Shown here: piece after piece, positions 28,752 through 39,277 of the stretch | Numbering within the stretch: position 1 is the stretch's first letter | Layout of the letters: every line of letters begins with the position of its first letter | NCBI GenBank assembly: GCA_965226375.1 | Contig: CBDDCX010000008.1 | Location: 576,001-640,000 of the forward strand | DNA length: 64,000 bases | From: Longimicrobiales bacterium | GTDB taxonomy: Bacteria; Gemmatimonadota; Gemmatimonadetes; Longimicrobiales; Gaopeijiaceae | Reading direction: 5' to 3' | Notes under the pieces: model-generated | Seen by the model: only the letters and a program-made list of their open reading frames with translations | Database searches by the model: none | Told to the model about the DNA's origin: nothing | Position numbers and translations under genes: made by a program

Positions 28752-29534
28752 GTGACGCACTCCTCTTCCGGTGCGGGCGCGAGCCGCGAGGCCTGGACGC
28801 CTCTCGAGGCGGCCTTGATCGCTTTCCATGAACGTGGGGAGCATGCCGAGCTACTGGTGTCGAACGATCTCGGTGACGCGGAGACCCTCTCAGCATCTCT
28901 GTTTTTTCGCTCCGAGGGCGAGTTCGAGGTGTGGGAGTCCGAGGCACTCCGCCGATGTGGAGACCGCGTACTCGATGTCGGAGCCGGCGTTGGTGCACAC
29001 GCTCTGATACTCCAGGATAGAGGCCACCGCGTGACGGCCCTCGAGGCGCTTACCGGGGCTGTACGGATCATGGAGGAACGCGGGGTGAAGGACGTGATGT
29101 TGGGCACTCTGTTCGACATACGCCATGAACCGACCTATGACACCGTACTCATCCTGATGAACGGTTCCATGTTGGCGGAGACACTCACCGGGCTCGACAG
29201 GATGCTTGAGCGAGCCCGGGGCCTGCTGCTGCCGGGCGGCACCCTCCTGCTCGACTCCACCGACCTACGAATACCACGCGACCCTGTCGCTACGGACGGG
29301 TCGGGCCCGGGCCGCGAGGGGCTCGATGTCGGCTGTGACGACCCCGCCGACGGTCGGTACGTGGGAGAGCTCCACTTCCAACTTTCGTACGGTGATCTCC
29401 GTGGAGAAGTCTTCCCCCAACTCTTCGTCGACCCGGAGACGCTCGAGGCTCGGGCTAGAACGGGTGGCTGGCAGACCCGCGTAGTCTGGACCGGTGAAGA
29501 CGGTCGTTTCCTGGCCCAACTGACTCCGATCTGA
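28752..29534 (+). CDS. Class I SAM-dependent methyltransferase
   Basis: VLDVGAGVG motif I, YDTVLILMNG, LLPGG. Confidence 0.85.
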   Translation: MTHSSSGAGASREAWTPLEAALIAFHERGEHAELLVSNDLGDAETLSASLFFRSEGEFEVWESEALRRCGDRVLDVGAGVGAHALILQDRGHRVTALEALTGAVRIMEERGVKDVMLGTLFDIRHEPTYDTVLILMNGSMLAETLTGLDRMLERARGLLLPGGTLLLDSTDLRIPRDPVATDGSGPGREGLDVGCDDPADGRYVGELHFQLSYGDLRGEVFPQLFVDPETLEARARTGGWQTRVVWTGEDGRFLAQLTPI

Positions 29535-29535
29535 G

Positions 29536-30810
29536 TCAGAGCCGTCCGGGCGGGCCAGCGTCCGAGTCTGGGCGGGCGACCGTCGACCCCGTCTCTCTCA
29601 CTTTACGGATCATCCTTCCCGGTACGACCGCGCCGTCCCCGAACCGATCGCGAAGCCCGTCCACGGCCCTTCCAAGGATACGCTCACGCTCTCCCTCGAT
29701 GCCGTCCTCCTCCGCGAACAGGCCGAGCTGGGCCGGATCGACACCGGGCACGAAGTTCGTCAGCCCCACGCCGAGCAGGCGTGCCCTGGTACGCCGCCGC
29801 TCACGGAGCCCACTCAGGAGTTCGCAAGCCACCGCGAACACGGCCGCGTCGGTCTCCACCGCCTCCGGCACCGTCCGTCCGCGCGATCGGGTGGTGAAGT
29901 CTCCATCCCTGAGCTTGACCGTGATGGTCCGTGCCCGCAGCCCGGACCTGCGCATGGTTCTGCCCACCGACACGGAGAGTCTCATGAGTGCGTTCTGGAG
30001 CTCTTCGTCCGATTCCAGGTCACTAAAGAAAGTCCGCTCCGAACTGATCGACTTCCTCGGTTCGCGAGGGTCTACACGGGCCGAGTCCAACCCACGCATA
30101 CGCTGGTAGAGCCAGCGACCGCGATGCTCTCCGAACCACCGCTGAAGCCAGTCGAGCTCCACTTTCAGCGCGTCTTCGATCCGGACGAGCCCACGCTGCT
30201 CGAGAGACTCCACCAATGCGGGACCGACGCCAGGAATGTCGGCCAGATCCAAGCGACGCATGAAGGCCGCCTCCTCGCCGGGCCGGACGATATGGACTCC
30301 GCCGGGCTTGGCCAGTCCCGACGCGAGCTTTGCCACCATCTTGCGGGTGCTTCCCCCTATGGAGACGGAGATCCGTGTCTTGTCCAGCACCGTCGACCGG
30401 ATGCGGTTTGCCGTCGTCTCCAGCGTCTCTCTCAAGAGGCGGTCCGTACCTGTGAGATCGAGGTAGAACTCGTCGATGGAAGCCGCCTGAACTACGGGCG
30501 CGAGCTCTTTGAGAATCTCTCGGATCTCGCGGCTTCTCCGGCTGCAGGCGCCCCTCGGTACGCCCACGACAGTGGCGTCCGGGCAGAGTTGCAGGGCCTG
30601 CGCCGTCGGCATGGCCGACCGCACTCCGAACTCTCTCGCGGCGTACGACGCAGACGTGACGACCCCCCGGCCGGGCGGGGATCCACCCACGAGGAGGAGC
30701 TTTGCCTTGCCCGCCCCTTCCGGATCTTCCAAACGCGCGACCTGGACGTAGAAGGCGTCACAGTCGACGAGAAGAATCCGCCTGGTGTGTCCGGCTCCGT
30801 CTGGGTCCAT
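29536..30810 (-). CDS. dinB: DNA polymerase IV
   Basis: VDCDAFY, SYAAREFGVRSAMP, SIDEFYLD, AKLAS..KP, KSISSERTF. Confidence 0.95.
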   Translation of the reverse strand: MDPDGAGHTRRILLVDCDAFYVQVARLEDPEGAGKAKLLLVGGSPPGRGVVTSASYAAREFGVRSAMPTAQALQLCPDATVVGVPRGACSRRSREIREILKELAPVVQAASIDEFYLDLTGTDRLLRETLETTANRIRSTVLDKTRISVSIGGSTRKMVAKLASGLAKPGGVHIVRPGEEAAFMRRLDLADIPGVGPALVESLEQRGLVRIEDALKVELDWLQRWFGEHRGRWLYQRMRGLDSARVDPREPRKSISSERTFFSDLESDEELQNALMRLSVSVGRTMRRSGLRARTITVKLRDGDFTTRSRGRTVPEAVETDAAVFAVACELLSGLRERRRTRARLLGVGLTNFVPGVDPAQLGLFAEEDGIEGERERILGRAVDGLRDRFGDGAVVPGRMIRKVRETGSTVARPDSDAGPPGRL

Positions 30811-30826
30811 GGGGGTCGCGTTCAAT

Positions 30827-30917
30827 GGGGCCGAGTACCGCGGGGCCGGTGCTTTGGTCGGATGAGAGTCAGGGGCCGCGTGCTACGGGGCCGAGTGCTT
30901 TGGTCCGATGAAAGTTA
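30827..30917. repeat. Two degenerate ~45-bp tandem repeats in the dinB-sodA intergenic region
   Basis: GGGGCCGAGTACCGCGGGGCCGGTGCTTTGGTCGGATGAGAGTCA / GGGGCCGCGTGCTACGGGGCCGAGTGCTTTGGTCCGATGAAAGTTA. Confidence 0.75.
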
Positions 30918-30933
30918 GGCGCCCCTGACCCAT

Positions 30934-30963
30934 TTGCGAATAGTGATCGAACGGGGATACAAT
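30934..30963 (+). promoter_or_regulatory. Putative sigma70 promoter of sodA
   Basis: TTGCGA-N18-TACAAT upstream of the AGGAGG RBS. Confidence 0.45.
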
Positions 30964-31045
30964 CCGGCCTTCGACTTGGCCTGTCACCGCTCTGGCACTC
31001 AGAGACATACGGCCTCGATCAACCCGTCGAGCACAGGAGGAACCG

Positions 31046-31669
31046 ATGGCTTATCCGTTTGAGCTCCCCGACCTGGGGTACGACCACAATGCGCTCGAGC
31101 CACACATCGATGCCCGGACCATGGAGATCCACCATGGCAAGCACCACCAGGGCTACACCAACAATTTGAACGCCGCCCTCGAGAACTACCCCGACCTGCA
31201 CGACATGTCCGGTGAGGCACTGGTGAGTGATCTCGCGTCGGTTCCCGAGGCGATTCGTGGGGCAGTGCGGAACAACGGCGGCGGGTTCGTCAACCACAGT
31301 CTGTTCTGGCGGGTGATGACTCCGGGCGGGGCCGATGCCCCCTGGGGAGCTCTAGCCGAGGCTATCGACACGGCCTTCGGGTCCTTGGACGACTTCAAGG
31401 CGACCCTGCAAAAGGCGGCGGGTGGGCAGTTCGGATCGGGGTGGGGTTGGTTGGTCGTGGGGCCGACCGAGGGCCTCCAGGTGATGGCCACCGCCAACCA
31501 GGACAACCCTCTCTCTCTGGGCTCCACTCCCATTCTGGGCGTAGACGTTTGGGAGCACGCGTACTACCTGAACTACCAGAATCGGAGACCGGACTACCTG
31601 AGCGCCTGGTGGAACGTCGTCAACTGGGACGTGGTCGCCTCGAACTTCGATGCAGCCAACGCGGGCTGA
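31046..31669 (+). CDS. sodA: Fe/Mn superoxide dismutase (Mn-type signatures)
   Basis: [33 protein letters not shown]. Confidence 0.95.
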   Translation: MAYPFELPDLGYDHNALEPHIDARTMEIHHGKHHQGYTNNLNAALENYPDLHDMSGEALVSDLASVPEAIRGAVRNNGGGFVNHSLFWRVMTPGGADAPWGALAEAIDTAFGSLDDFKATLQKAAGGQFGSGWGWLVVGPTEGLQVMATANQDNPLSLGSTPILGVDVWEHAYYLNYQNRRPDYLSAWWNVVNWDVVASNFDAANAG

Positions 31670-31804
31670 CCGCGCAGCTCCGGTCGTGAGATCGGCGGCT
31701 GCAACTAATGCTCCTTGTCGGGCGTCTAACGATTGACCTGTGAATGCGGCTGGGTGCATGAAATACTTGTGTGCATGACTACATATGTTTACACATGGAG
31801 AGGT

Positions 31805-32599
31805 ATGATGCGGGGGTGGTTTAAACGGTTCTCGAGAAGCGAGAAGGCAACGACGTTGGGACGACTGGGCCTATCGATCGCGCTCGCTGCGCTCTTGTTA
31901 CCGGGGGCGGGTCAGGTTGAGGGACAGAGCCTGGGTGGCTCTGAGGCCTCGGTGAGTCGCACTCACCGTCAGGCTCGGAACCACGACTTCACCTTCCTCA
32001 CTACGTCCTCGCAGGTGAGACGGTTCGCGGACGCGGGGTATCTGGTCCGAGTCAGGCCGAATCGGGACTTCACCCTTCATGACGTCTCCTTTCCCTATTC
32101 GCGGCCGGAAGTGGCCACGTTCATCCAGCGGTTGGGCAACCAGTACCGGCGAGCGTGCGGGGAGCAGCTCGTGGTGACGAGCCTTACCAGGCCCACGTCT
32201 CTTCAGCCGAGGAACGCCTCCGCGCTCTCCGTCCACCCCACCGGAATGGCCGTCGATCTGAGGAGGAGCGGCAGCTCGACGTGCCGGCGCTGGCTGGAGA
32301 GCACACTTCTGTATCTGGAGAAGGCCGGCGTGTTGGAGGCTACTCGGGAACGCACTCCGTCGCACTATCATGTAGCGGTCTTCCCGAGCCAGTATGGCGC
32401 GTACGTAGCGAGCCTGACCTCGAAGGCGAGCTCAGGTGATCGAGTCGCCGGCGCCTCGAGGTACACAGTTCGGAACGGCGACTCGCTCTGGACCATCGCC
32501 GAGCGACACGGGACGACCGTCTCGCGGCTGCGATCCGCGAACGGGATCCGAGGGAGCCGCATCTTCGCGGGCCAGGTGCTGACCGTTCCTACGAGGTAA
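31805..32599 (+). CDS. Secreted DUF5715/peptidase M15-like protein with C-terminal LysM
   Basis: VTSLTR, SVHPTGMAVD, HYHV; YTVRNGDSLWTIA...LysM; RBS GGAGAGG. Confidence 0.8.
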   Translation: MMRGWFKRFSRSEKATTLGRLGLSIALAALLLPGAGQVEGQSLGGSEASVSRTHRQARNHDFTFLTTSSQVRRFADAGYLVRVRPNRDFTLHDVSFPYSRPEVATFIQRLGNQYRRACGEQLVVTSLTRPTSLQPRNASALSVHPTGMAVDLRRSGSSTCRRWLESTLLYLEKAGVLEATRERTPSHYHVAVFPSQYGAYVASLTSKASSGDRVAGASRYTVRNGDSLWTIAERHGTTVSRLRSANGIRGSRIFAGQVLTVPTR

Positions 32600-32603
32600 T
32601 GGG

Positions 32604-33236
32604 TTGACGGACGACCCGTCGGAGCCGATCCGGCATAGGGTCTTCTTTACCGCGGACCGCGACGGAGCGGAGCGGTATCAGCTTCTCACCTCGCTCGTAG
32701 TTCCCCGACCCATCGGTTGGGTTTCGACGCGGGGAGAAGACGGAACACTCAACCTGGCACCCTTCAGTTTTTTCTCGGCCATCTCGGCCTCGCCCATGCT
32801 GGTCAGCCTGTCCATTGGCACCAGAGGAGGTGTCGCCAAGGACTCCCTCCGCAACATCCGCCACCAGGGTGCGTTCTGTGTGAACGTCGTCACCGAAGGG
32901 CAGCTGGAGGCTATGAACCAGACCGCGGCGAGTCTGCCCTCCGATCAGGACGAGTTTGCTTTCGCCGGGTTGCCGGTGGCGGTAGCGGAGTCGGTCGAGG
33001 CGCCGTATGTGGCGAACTGTCCGGCCGTCCTCGAGTGTCGGATCTTCAAGGAGGTGGACCTTCATGGCACCGGAACCTTGATCATCGGTGAGGTCATGGC
33101 CGTGCGCCTGGACCCGACCTTGGAGATGATCGAGGGGTCGGCGTTCGTGGACAGCGAGGGGTTGAAGCCCGTCGGGAGACTGTGGGGCTCCGCCTACACA
33201 CTGCTGGGCGAGGTCAAGATTCTCGACCGTCCGTAG
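32604..33236 (+). CDS. Flavin reductase family protein
   Basis: VVPRPIGWVST, NLAPFSFF, KDSLRNI, PVGRL. Confidence 0.9.
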   Translation: MTDDPSEPIRHRVFFTADRDGAERYQLLTSLVVPRPIGWVSTRGEDGTLNLAPFSFFSAISASPMLVSLSIGTRGGVAKDSLRNIRHQGAFCVNVVTEGQLEAMNQTAASLPSDQDEFAFAGLPVAVAESVEAPYVANCPAVLECRIFKEVDLHGTGTLIIGEVMAVRLDPTLEMIEGSAFVDSEGLKPVGRLWGSAYTLLGEVKILDRP

Positions 33237-34938
33237 GCTCCCACAGATCCACGATTTTGAAGGCGTCGACATCCACCAACCCCAGATCGGTGATCTTCAA
33301 CGTCGGGATCACCTCCAGCCCCAAGAAGGACATGGCCATGAAGGGATCGTGGAGCGGCGATCCGAGGGCACGGGCCGACTTCACGACTCCGTCCAGGGCG
33401 GTCCTGATCTCTTCGATGCTCGCTTCCGACATGAGTCCCCCGACCGGCAGGGGTAGCTCAGCCAGCACTTGATCGCCGTCTGTGACGGCGAGACCACCCT
33501 CGAGGTGGACGACCCTCTGCACCGCGCATCGCATGGAGACGTCGTCCACACCGATCACGATGATGTTGTGATGGTCGTGGGCCACCGTGCCGGCGATCGC
33601 GCCCCTCCGGAGTCCGATGCCCGTGACTAGGCCCAGTCCCACGCGCCCGCTTCCACTGTGGCGTTCCACGACCGCGATCTTGAGGAGATCCCGATCGATG
33701 TCCGCCACCACTTCGTCCCCCTCGGTCGCTGGCGCCACGACTTCTGATCCCGTCACGATCTGATCCGGGATCGCCCGGATGACTCTCGTCCGTCCGGTCC
33801 GTCGCGGAATGGAGAAGTCGAGCCCTTCGGTCGCAACCACCATGGCAGGCCGTGGCGGGGGAGGGGCAGCGGCCTTCGCCCACAGAGGCCTGCCGTCTTG
33901 CGCCACGAGCGTCCCACCGGAGAAAACCAAACGGGCCCGCAGCTCGAGAAGCGATGGGACGACAACCAGGTCGGCGCGCCGTCCTGGGGCGACGGCGCCG
34001 CGGTCGTGGAGACCGAAGTATTCGGCTGGGTTGAGCGTCGCCAATCCGATGGCCTCGATCGGATCGACGCCCTCGGCGATCAGGGTGCGGAGCATTCCGT
34101 CGACACCCCCTTCGTCCAGGAGGTCGGCGGGCTGGCGATCGTCGGTGCACAGCGCAATCCGCCGGCGTGATCGCGGTGTCAGTGCTGGGAGCAGCGCCAA
34201 CAGGTTTCTGGCGTTGGTCGCCTCGCGAAAGAATACCCACAGGCCGCGGCGCAACTTCTCCAGCGCTTCTTCCGGAGTCGTGCACTCGTGATCGGACCGT
34301 GGGCCCGAGGCGACGTAGGCGTTCAGAGCCTTGCCGCTCACTCCGGGGGCGTGTCCGTCGATGACTCTCCCGTCAAAGGCCGCCAACTTCTCCAGCACGT
34401 CGGGGGCTCCGTTAATGGCACCCGGAAAGTTCATGAGCTCGGCCAGACCCAACATTCGAGGGTGATCGAGAGACGCCAGGTCTTCTGCGTCCAGAACCGC
34501 CCCCGCGGTACCCATGTGGGTCGCCGGCACGCAGGAGCTGGCCATTACGAAGGTCGACAGGGGCAGGCCTTCGCTGGCGGCCAGCATATACCGTATGCCC
34601 TCCAGCCCGTGGACGTTGGCGATCTCATGGGGATCGGAGACCACCGTGGTGGTGCCTCCCGGCACCACGGCTCGCGCGAACTCCGGGGGAGTCGCGAGGC
34701 TCGATTCGATGTGGACGTGTGCATCGATGAGGCCGGGGAGCACGAACTGTCCGGCCAGGTCCAGAGTCTCGGAGGCCTCATAGTCGGGGCCGACACCCGC
34801 GATCCAGGAGCCGCAGATGGCGATGTCCGTCTCCTCTACCTCTTCCGTCAAGACGTTGACGACACGCGCGTTTGTGAACCGCAGGTCCGCGGGCCGATCA
34901 CCTCGTGCTACGGCCAGCACCGTCGTTAGATCGTTCAT
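33214..34938 (-). CDS. ade: Adenine deaminase
   Basis: PGLIDAHVHIESS, DPHEIANV, DGHAP, DHEC, CTDD, AHDHHN. Confidence 0.95.
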   Translation of the reverse strand: MNDLTTVLAVARGDRPADLRFTNARVVNVLTEEVEETDIAICGSWIAGVGPDYEASETLDLAGQFVLPGLIDAHVHIESSLATPPEFARAVVPGGTTTVVSDPHEIANVHGLEGIRYMLAASEGLPLSTFVMASSCVPATHMGTAGAVLDAEDLASLDHPRMLGLAELMNFPGAINGAPDVLEKLAAFDGRVIDGHAPGVSGKALNAYVASGPRSDHECTTPEEALEKLRRGLWVFFREATNARNLLALLPALTPRSRRRIALCTDDRQPADLLDEGGVDGMLRTLIAEGVDPIEAIGLATLNPAEYFGLHDRGAVAPGRRADLVVVPSLLELRARLVFSGGTLVAQDGRPLWAKAAAPPPPRPAMVVATEGLDFSIPRRTGRTRVIRAIPDQIVTGSEVVAPATEGDEVVADIDRDLLKIAVVERHSGSGRVGLGLVTGIGLRRGAIAGTVAHDHHNIIVIGVDDVSMRCAVQRVVHLEGGLAVTDGDQVLAELPLPVGGLMSEASIEEIRTALDGVVKSARALGSPLHDPFMAMSFLGLEVIPTLKITDLGLVDVDAFKIVDLWEPTDGRES

Positions 34939-35104
34939 GGCGGACAATATACGGTCGAGACTCGGCTTGGCGCCCCCGGCCCGCGCCGGAATCAGCCCTT
35001 GCAAAATGCCAAACCCACAGCGTTGCACTCTGCGATAGTCAGTTGTACCGTGAAGAGATGCTCCCCGACACCGCGGGAGCTATTTCCCGGGAACGGAGGC
35101 CGGC

Positions 35105-36787
35105 CTGAACAAGGAAGCAGCGCCCAGAGCCGAGTTCGGCAGAAGCGAGCTTCTCCGATGGCTGTATGTGGGTCGCATGACCCTCGCCGCCGGGATTCTC
35201 CTGGGAATCCTCGTGGCCTGGGAGTCGGCGCCGCCGCAAGCAAGTCGCACCGCGACGCTGATGTTCCTCGCGGCGCTTGCGGTGACCCTTGGGTCTGCCT
35301 GGCACACACATTTCCGTGGCCGCCCCGTCGGGCACAACTTTCTCTATACCCATGTGATTCTCGACGTCGCTCTGGTGACGACCATCGTCCACATCACCAC
35401 TGTGGGTGACGAAGTCGTATTCGCCCCCCTCTATATTCTCGTGATCACCGAGGGCGCGCTTCTCCTGCCCCTTCCGGGAGGTGTGCTCATCGGTGCATTG
35501 GCGGCGATCGTCTATTTTGCCGATCTGGTCTGGGGCCATCCGGGAGTGCCGCCTGCCGGCGCCGTCAGCCTGCAGATCGGGCTCTTTGCCGGTGTGGCTC
35601 TCATCACGGGCTGGCTGGGTGATCGGGTACGCCGGACCGGTCTCGCCCTGGGTGCGGCTCGGACGGAGCTGGCGCGCCTTCGCCTCGACAAGGGAGACAT
35701 CCTCGCCAACATCTCGACCGGCGTCCTCACCCTCGTGCAGGGTAATCGCCTGGCTTACCTGAACCCGGCAGCTGAGGAGCTTCTGGGTTTCCCACTGGAA
35801 AAGTGGGAGGGGTCCGTAATCCTCGACGCCGTGGATGAGGTGGCTCCCGGCCTCGCTCAGGCCCTCCGAAGCACGGTGGAGCGGCGCAGGCCGGTTCATC
35901 GGGTCAAGACGCCTGCCAAGCAAGCGGGAGGTCGTGAGATCACTCTCGGGATCAGTACCACCGTGCTCGAAGGCGCCGAAGGAGAAGAACCGTCGGTGAC
36001 GGCCATCTTCCAGGACATCACCGAGCTCGAGCGGGTGGAGCTCCTCAACCGCCAGAACGAGCGACTGGAAGCTGTGGCCGAGCTCAGCGCTTCGCTCGCT
36101 CACGAGATCAAGAATCCGCTGGCGTCGATCCGTAGCGCCGTCGAGCAGTTGGACAACCAGGGTCTCGCCGGTGATGACCGGGCGCTGCTCCAGCGACTGG
36201 TCCTCTCCGAGTCGGATCGGTTGAGCCGGTTACTCAGCGAGTTCCTCGAATTCTCGGGAATGCAGATCAACGCCGAGGCCGGCGTCGACTTCGCGCGCGT
36301 AGTCCGAGATGCCATCGTGCTGGTCAAGCAGCATCCGGACGCCGAGACGGGGGGTGTCATCGAGTGCGTGGGTGTCGACGAACCCCTGACACTCCCGGGT
36401 GACTCCGATCTCCTACACCGGTTGGTCGTCAATCTCATCTTGAATGCGGTCCAATTCAGTGGTCCGGAGGGCTGTGTGCGGATCTCTCTTCAGGATTGCT
36501 CGGGCCGGGGACAGCCGCGCGGCACGGGGGTCGACAACCCCGTACGCCTGAGCGTACAGGACTCGGGCCCCGGGATCAGAAGCGAAGACCTGGGACGGAT
36601 CTTCGATCCCTTCTTCACCACCCGGGACGGGGGAAGCGGCCTGGGCTTGGCTGTGGTGCACCGGGCGGTCAAGGCACACGAAGGCACGCTCTTCGTGGAG
36701 GATGCGGCCGATGGCGGAGCCCACTTTATCGTCTACTTGCCGGGCGCGACCACCGTAGCCGCCCCGACCGGGAGTGCAACATCATGA
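35105..36787 (+). CDS. pilS: PilS-like sensor histidine kinase (membrane domain + PAS + HisKA/HATPase)
   Basis: LAHEIKNPL, NLILNA, DSGPGI, FDPFFTT, GSGLGL. Frame is open upstream to a CTG at 35105 behind GGAGG; ORF track start is 35168. Confidence 0.8.
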   Translation: MNKEAAPRAEFGRSELLRWLYVGRMTLAAGILLGILVAWESAPPQASRTATLMFLAALAVTLGSAWHTHFRGRPVGHNFLYTHVILDVALVTTIVHITTVGDEVVFAPLYILVITEGALLLPLPGGVLIGALAAIVYFADLVWGHPGVPPAGAVSLQIGLFAGVALITGWLGDRVRRTGLALGAARTELARLRLDKGDILANISTGVLTLVQGNRLAYLNPAAEELLGFPLEKWEGSVILDAVDEVAPGLAQALRSTVERRRPVHRVKTPAKQAGGREITLGISTTVLEGAEGEEPSVTAIFQDITELERVELLNRQNERLEAVAELSASLAHEIKNPLASIRSAVEQLDNQGLAGDDRALLQRLVLSESDRLSRLLSEFLEFSGMQINAEAGVDFARVVRDAIVLVKQHPDAETGGVIECVGVDEPLTLPGDSDLLHRLVVNLILNAVQFSGPEGCVRISLQDCSGRGQPRGTGVDNPVRLSVQDSGPGIRSEDLGRIFDPFFTTRDGGSGLGLAVVHRAVKAHEGTLFVEDAADGGAHFIVYLPGATTVAAPTGSATS

Positions 36788-38145
36788 GCAGCGCCACGAA
36801 AATTCTGCTGGTGGACGACGAGACCGGCATCCTCGATACGTTACGCATTCTCTTCCGCGGCGAGGGGTACGACGTGGTGTCCGCTCTCAGCGGCCGCGAA
36901 GCCCTGGAGGCGCTGCCCGAGCAAACTCCCGACATCGTGCTCACCGACATCCGCATGCCCGGAACCTCGGGTCTCGAGGTGATGGCAAAGGCGCACGAGA
37001 TCGATCCGGAGGTGGCGGTCATCCTGATGACGGCTCAGGCGTCTCTGCAGTCGGCTGTTCGGGCGGTGAACGAAGGGGCCTACTACTACCTGCAGAAACC
37101 CTTTGCGAATGACGAGTTGTTGGCCATCTGTCGCCGTGCTGCTGAGGCCCGAGAGCTACGTGTCGAGAACAAGGCCCTCAAGAAGGAGATCCGACGGAGG
37201 TCCAAGGCACCCAGCGGCAGACCCGTGGGAAAGAGCCGTTCGTTCGTCGAGGTACTCGAGCTGGGAGAGACCGTCGCCCCTACGGAGTCGACCGTGCTCA
37301 TCAGCGGTGAGAGCGGGTCGGGTAAGGAAGTGCTCGCCCGGTATATACACGGCCTGAGCCAGCGAGCCGAATCGCTCTTTTCTTCTCTGAACTGTGGGGC
37401 CCTTCCGGAGGGTCTCCTGGAAAGCGAGCTCTTCGGGCACACCAAGGGGTCGTTTACGGGAGCCGTGAAGGACAAGATGGGGCTCTTGGAGGCGGCCGCC
37501 GGGGGAACCCTCTTTCTCGATGAAATCGGTGAGATGTCCCCAGCCACCCAGGTGAGGCTGCTCCGAGCTCTCCAGGAGCGCGAGGTCATCCCGGTGGGGT
37601 CCACGGAGCCGGTCGCCATCGACGTCAGAATCATGGCAGCCACGAACCGAGATCTCAACGAGGAGATCCGCAAGGGGACTTTCCGGAGCGACCTCTACTA
37701 CAGGCTCAACGTCATTGCCCTTCATCTTCCTCCGCTACGGGAGCGCCGGGAAGACATCCCCCTACTCGCCCACCACTTTCTGGATGTGATCGTGGGAGAC
37801 GACGGGGACAAGAGCTTGGGGAAAGAGATCATGGACGTGTTGTCCGCCTATGACTGGCCGGGCAACGTGCGAGAGCTGGAGAACGCGCTCGAGAGGGCGA
37901 CGGTGGTGGCGGCCGGCTCGCCTATCGGGCCCTCTGATCTTCCGGAAAGGGTCCGGAACGAGCACACACCACCCCTGGTGAACGACCAGCTGCCCCCCAA
38001 TCCGTCCATGGAGGTCATCGAGCGGGCCTACATCCAATGGGTACTCGTGGCCGAGGGCGGCAATAAGACGAGGGCGGCGGAAGTCCTCGGCATCGATCCA
38101 TCCACTCTGTATCGCAAGTTGAATCGGTACGGGATCGAGGTCTGA
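36784..38145 (+). CDS. pilR: PilR-like sigma54-dependent response regulator
   Basis: Receiver (LVDD, TDIRMP, KP), [29 protein letters not shown], Fis-type HTH. Confidence 0.88.
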   Translation: MSSATKILLVDDETGILDTLRILFRGEGYDVVSALSGREALEALPEQTPDIVLTDIRMPGTSGLEVMAKAHEIDPEVAVILMTAQASLQSAVRAVNEGAYYYLQKPFANDELLAICRRAAEARELRVENKALKKEIRRRSKAPSGRPVGKSRSFVEVLELGETVAPTESTVLISGESGSGKEVLARYIHGLSQRAESLFSSLNCGALPEGLLESELFGHTKGSFTGAVKDKMGLLEAAAGGTLFLDEIGEMSPATQVRLLRALQEREVIPVGSTEPVAIDVRIMAATNRDLNEEIRKGTFRSDLYYRLNVIALHLPPLRERREDIPLLAHHFLDVIVGDDGDKSLGKEIMDVLSAYDWPGNVRELENALERATVVAAGSPIGPSDLPERVRNEHTPPLVNDQLPPNPSMEVIERAYIQWVLVAEGGNKTRAAEVLGIDPSTLYRKLNRYGIEV

Positions 38146-38236
38146 TGTTGTCCAAGGGCCGCTCCCGATCGGCGGGCCGTCACATACGCACCGAGGTGTC
38201 TCTCAGGGGCACACAACGAACAAGGATGCGAACGGC

Positions 38237-39259
38237 ATGAGCATGCTCCAATTCCGGGAGATCGACCCCAAGCGGTATGACGATCTCGCATGGGATCGCG
38301 TGAGACTATCGGTGGTGATTCCCGCCTACAACGAGATCAAGACGGTGGAAAAGCTGCTGCGGCGCGTACGCGAGGTGCGACTCCACCTAGAGGTCATCGT
38401 GGTCGACGACGGCTCTACGGACGGGACTCGCGACCTGCTGCAGGATCTGACCGATCAGGGCCTGATCGATGTCCTCGTGTTCCAAGAGGTGAACCAGGGA
38501 AAGGGCGCGGCATTACGGGCGGGATTCGAGAGGGCCACGGGCGACATCATCGCCATTCAGGACGCGGATCTGGAATACGATCCTCTAGAGCTTCCCATGC
38601 TCATGGAACCCATCCTAGCCGGCAAGGCCGACGCGGTATACGGCTCCCGTTTTCTGGGGGGCCCTCACCGGGTGCTCTTCTTCTGGCACATGATGGGGAA
38701 TCGGTTCCTGACCCTGCTCAGCAACATGTTCACGGACCTGAACCTCACCGACATGGAGACCTGCTACAAAGTCGTACAGGCGGATCTCCTGAAGCGACTT
38801 CCCCTGACCGCCAACCGCTTCGGCTTCGAGCCCGAGGTGACGGCCCGTCTCGCAAGGTCGCAGGCGAGGATCTACGAGATGCCCATCAGCTATGACGGTC
38901 GGTCGTACGCAGAGGGGAAGAAAATCAATTGGAAGGACGGGGTTGCGGCTATCTACTACATCCTGCGCTCCAATCTCCTGGGGTCACGGCCGGAGCCGTG
39001 GCAGCCTCCGAAGGTTCAGCTGTGGGAGGGTCGGGCCCTCTCGGAGCCGAAGCGTCCTGCACTGGTTTCCGGCCCGGCGGCGGTCGCCGGCGAATCGTCG
39101 GGTGCCGATGACGACGGCGGCGGTGGGTTACAGAATGAACCTGCCCCCGGCGGGTCACGGAATGAACCCGTCCCTGGCGGGTCACGGAATGAACCCGCCC
39201 CTGGCGGCTCAGAGGATGAACCCGCCACACATGGATCGGAGCCCGACGATCAAGGCTGA
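38237..39259 (+). CDS. GT2 glycosyltransferase, DPM1/polyprenol-phosphate sugar synthase-like, with repetitive C-terminal tail
   Basis: [57 protein letters not shown]. Confidence 0.9.
   Translation: MSMLQFREIDPKRYDDLAWDRVRLSVVIPAYNEIKTVEKLLRRVREVRLHLEVIVVDDGSTDGTRDLLQDLTDQGLIDVLVFQEVNQGKGAALRAGFERATGDIIAIQDADLEYDPLELPMLMEPILAGKADAVYGSRFLGGPHRVLFFWHMMGNRFLTLLSNMFTDLNLTDMETCYKVVQADLLKRLPLTANRFGFEPEVTARLARSQARIYEMPISYDGRSYAEGKKINWKDGVAAIYYILRSNLLGSRPEPWQPPKVQLWEGRALSEPKRPALVSGPAAVAGESSGADDDGGGGLQNEPAPGGSRNEPVPGGSRNEPAPGGSEDEPATHGSEPDDQG
39134..39241 (+). repeat. 27-bp coding tandem repeat x4 ([13 protein letters not shown])
   Basis: AATGAACC(T/C)G(C/T)CCC(C/T)GGCGG units at 39134, 39161, 39188; degenerate fourth unit at 39215. 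Confidence 0.85.
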
Positions 39260-39277
39260 CCGGGGTACCCCATCCCT

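Noticed and set aside
30827..30917. Hammerhead ribozyme (GATGA...GAAA-like words)
   Set aside because: The CUGAUGA core is not intact and the three required stems could not be built
36496..36783. Long N-terminal extensions from the ORF track (pilR, also yitJ, lptG, ade, gcvT, xerC)
   Set aside because: They overlap upstream genes or lack homology-like character; downstream starts with RBS or stop-start coupling fit better
39134..39241. 27-bp repeats as a CRISPR
   Set aside because: Contiguous, in-frame coding repeats without unique spacers
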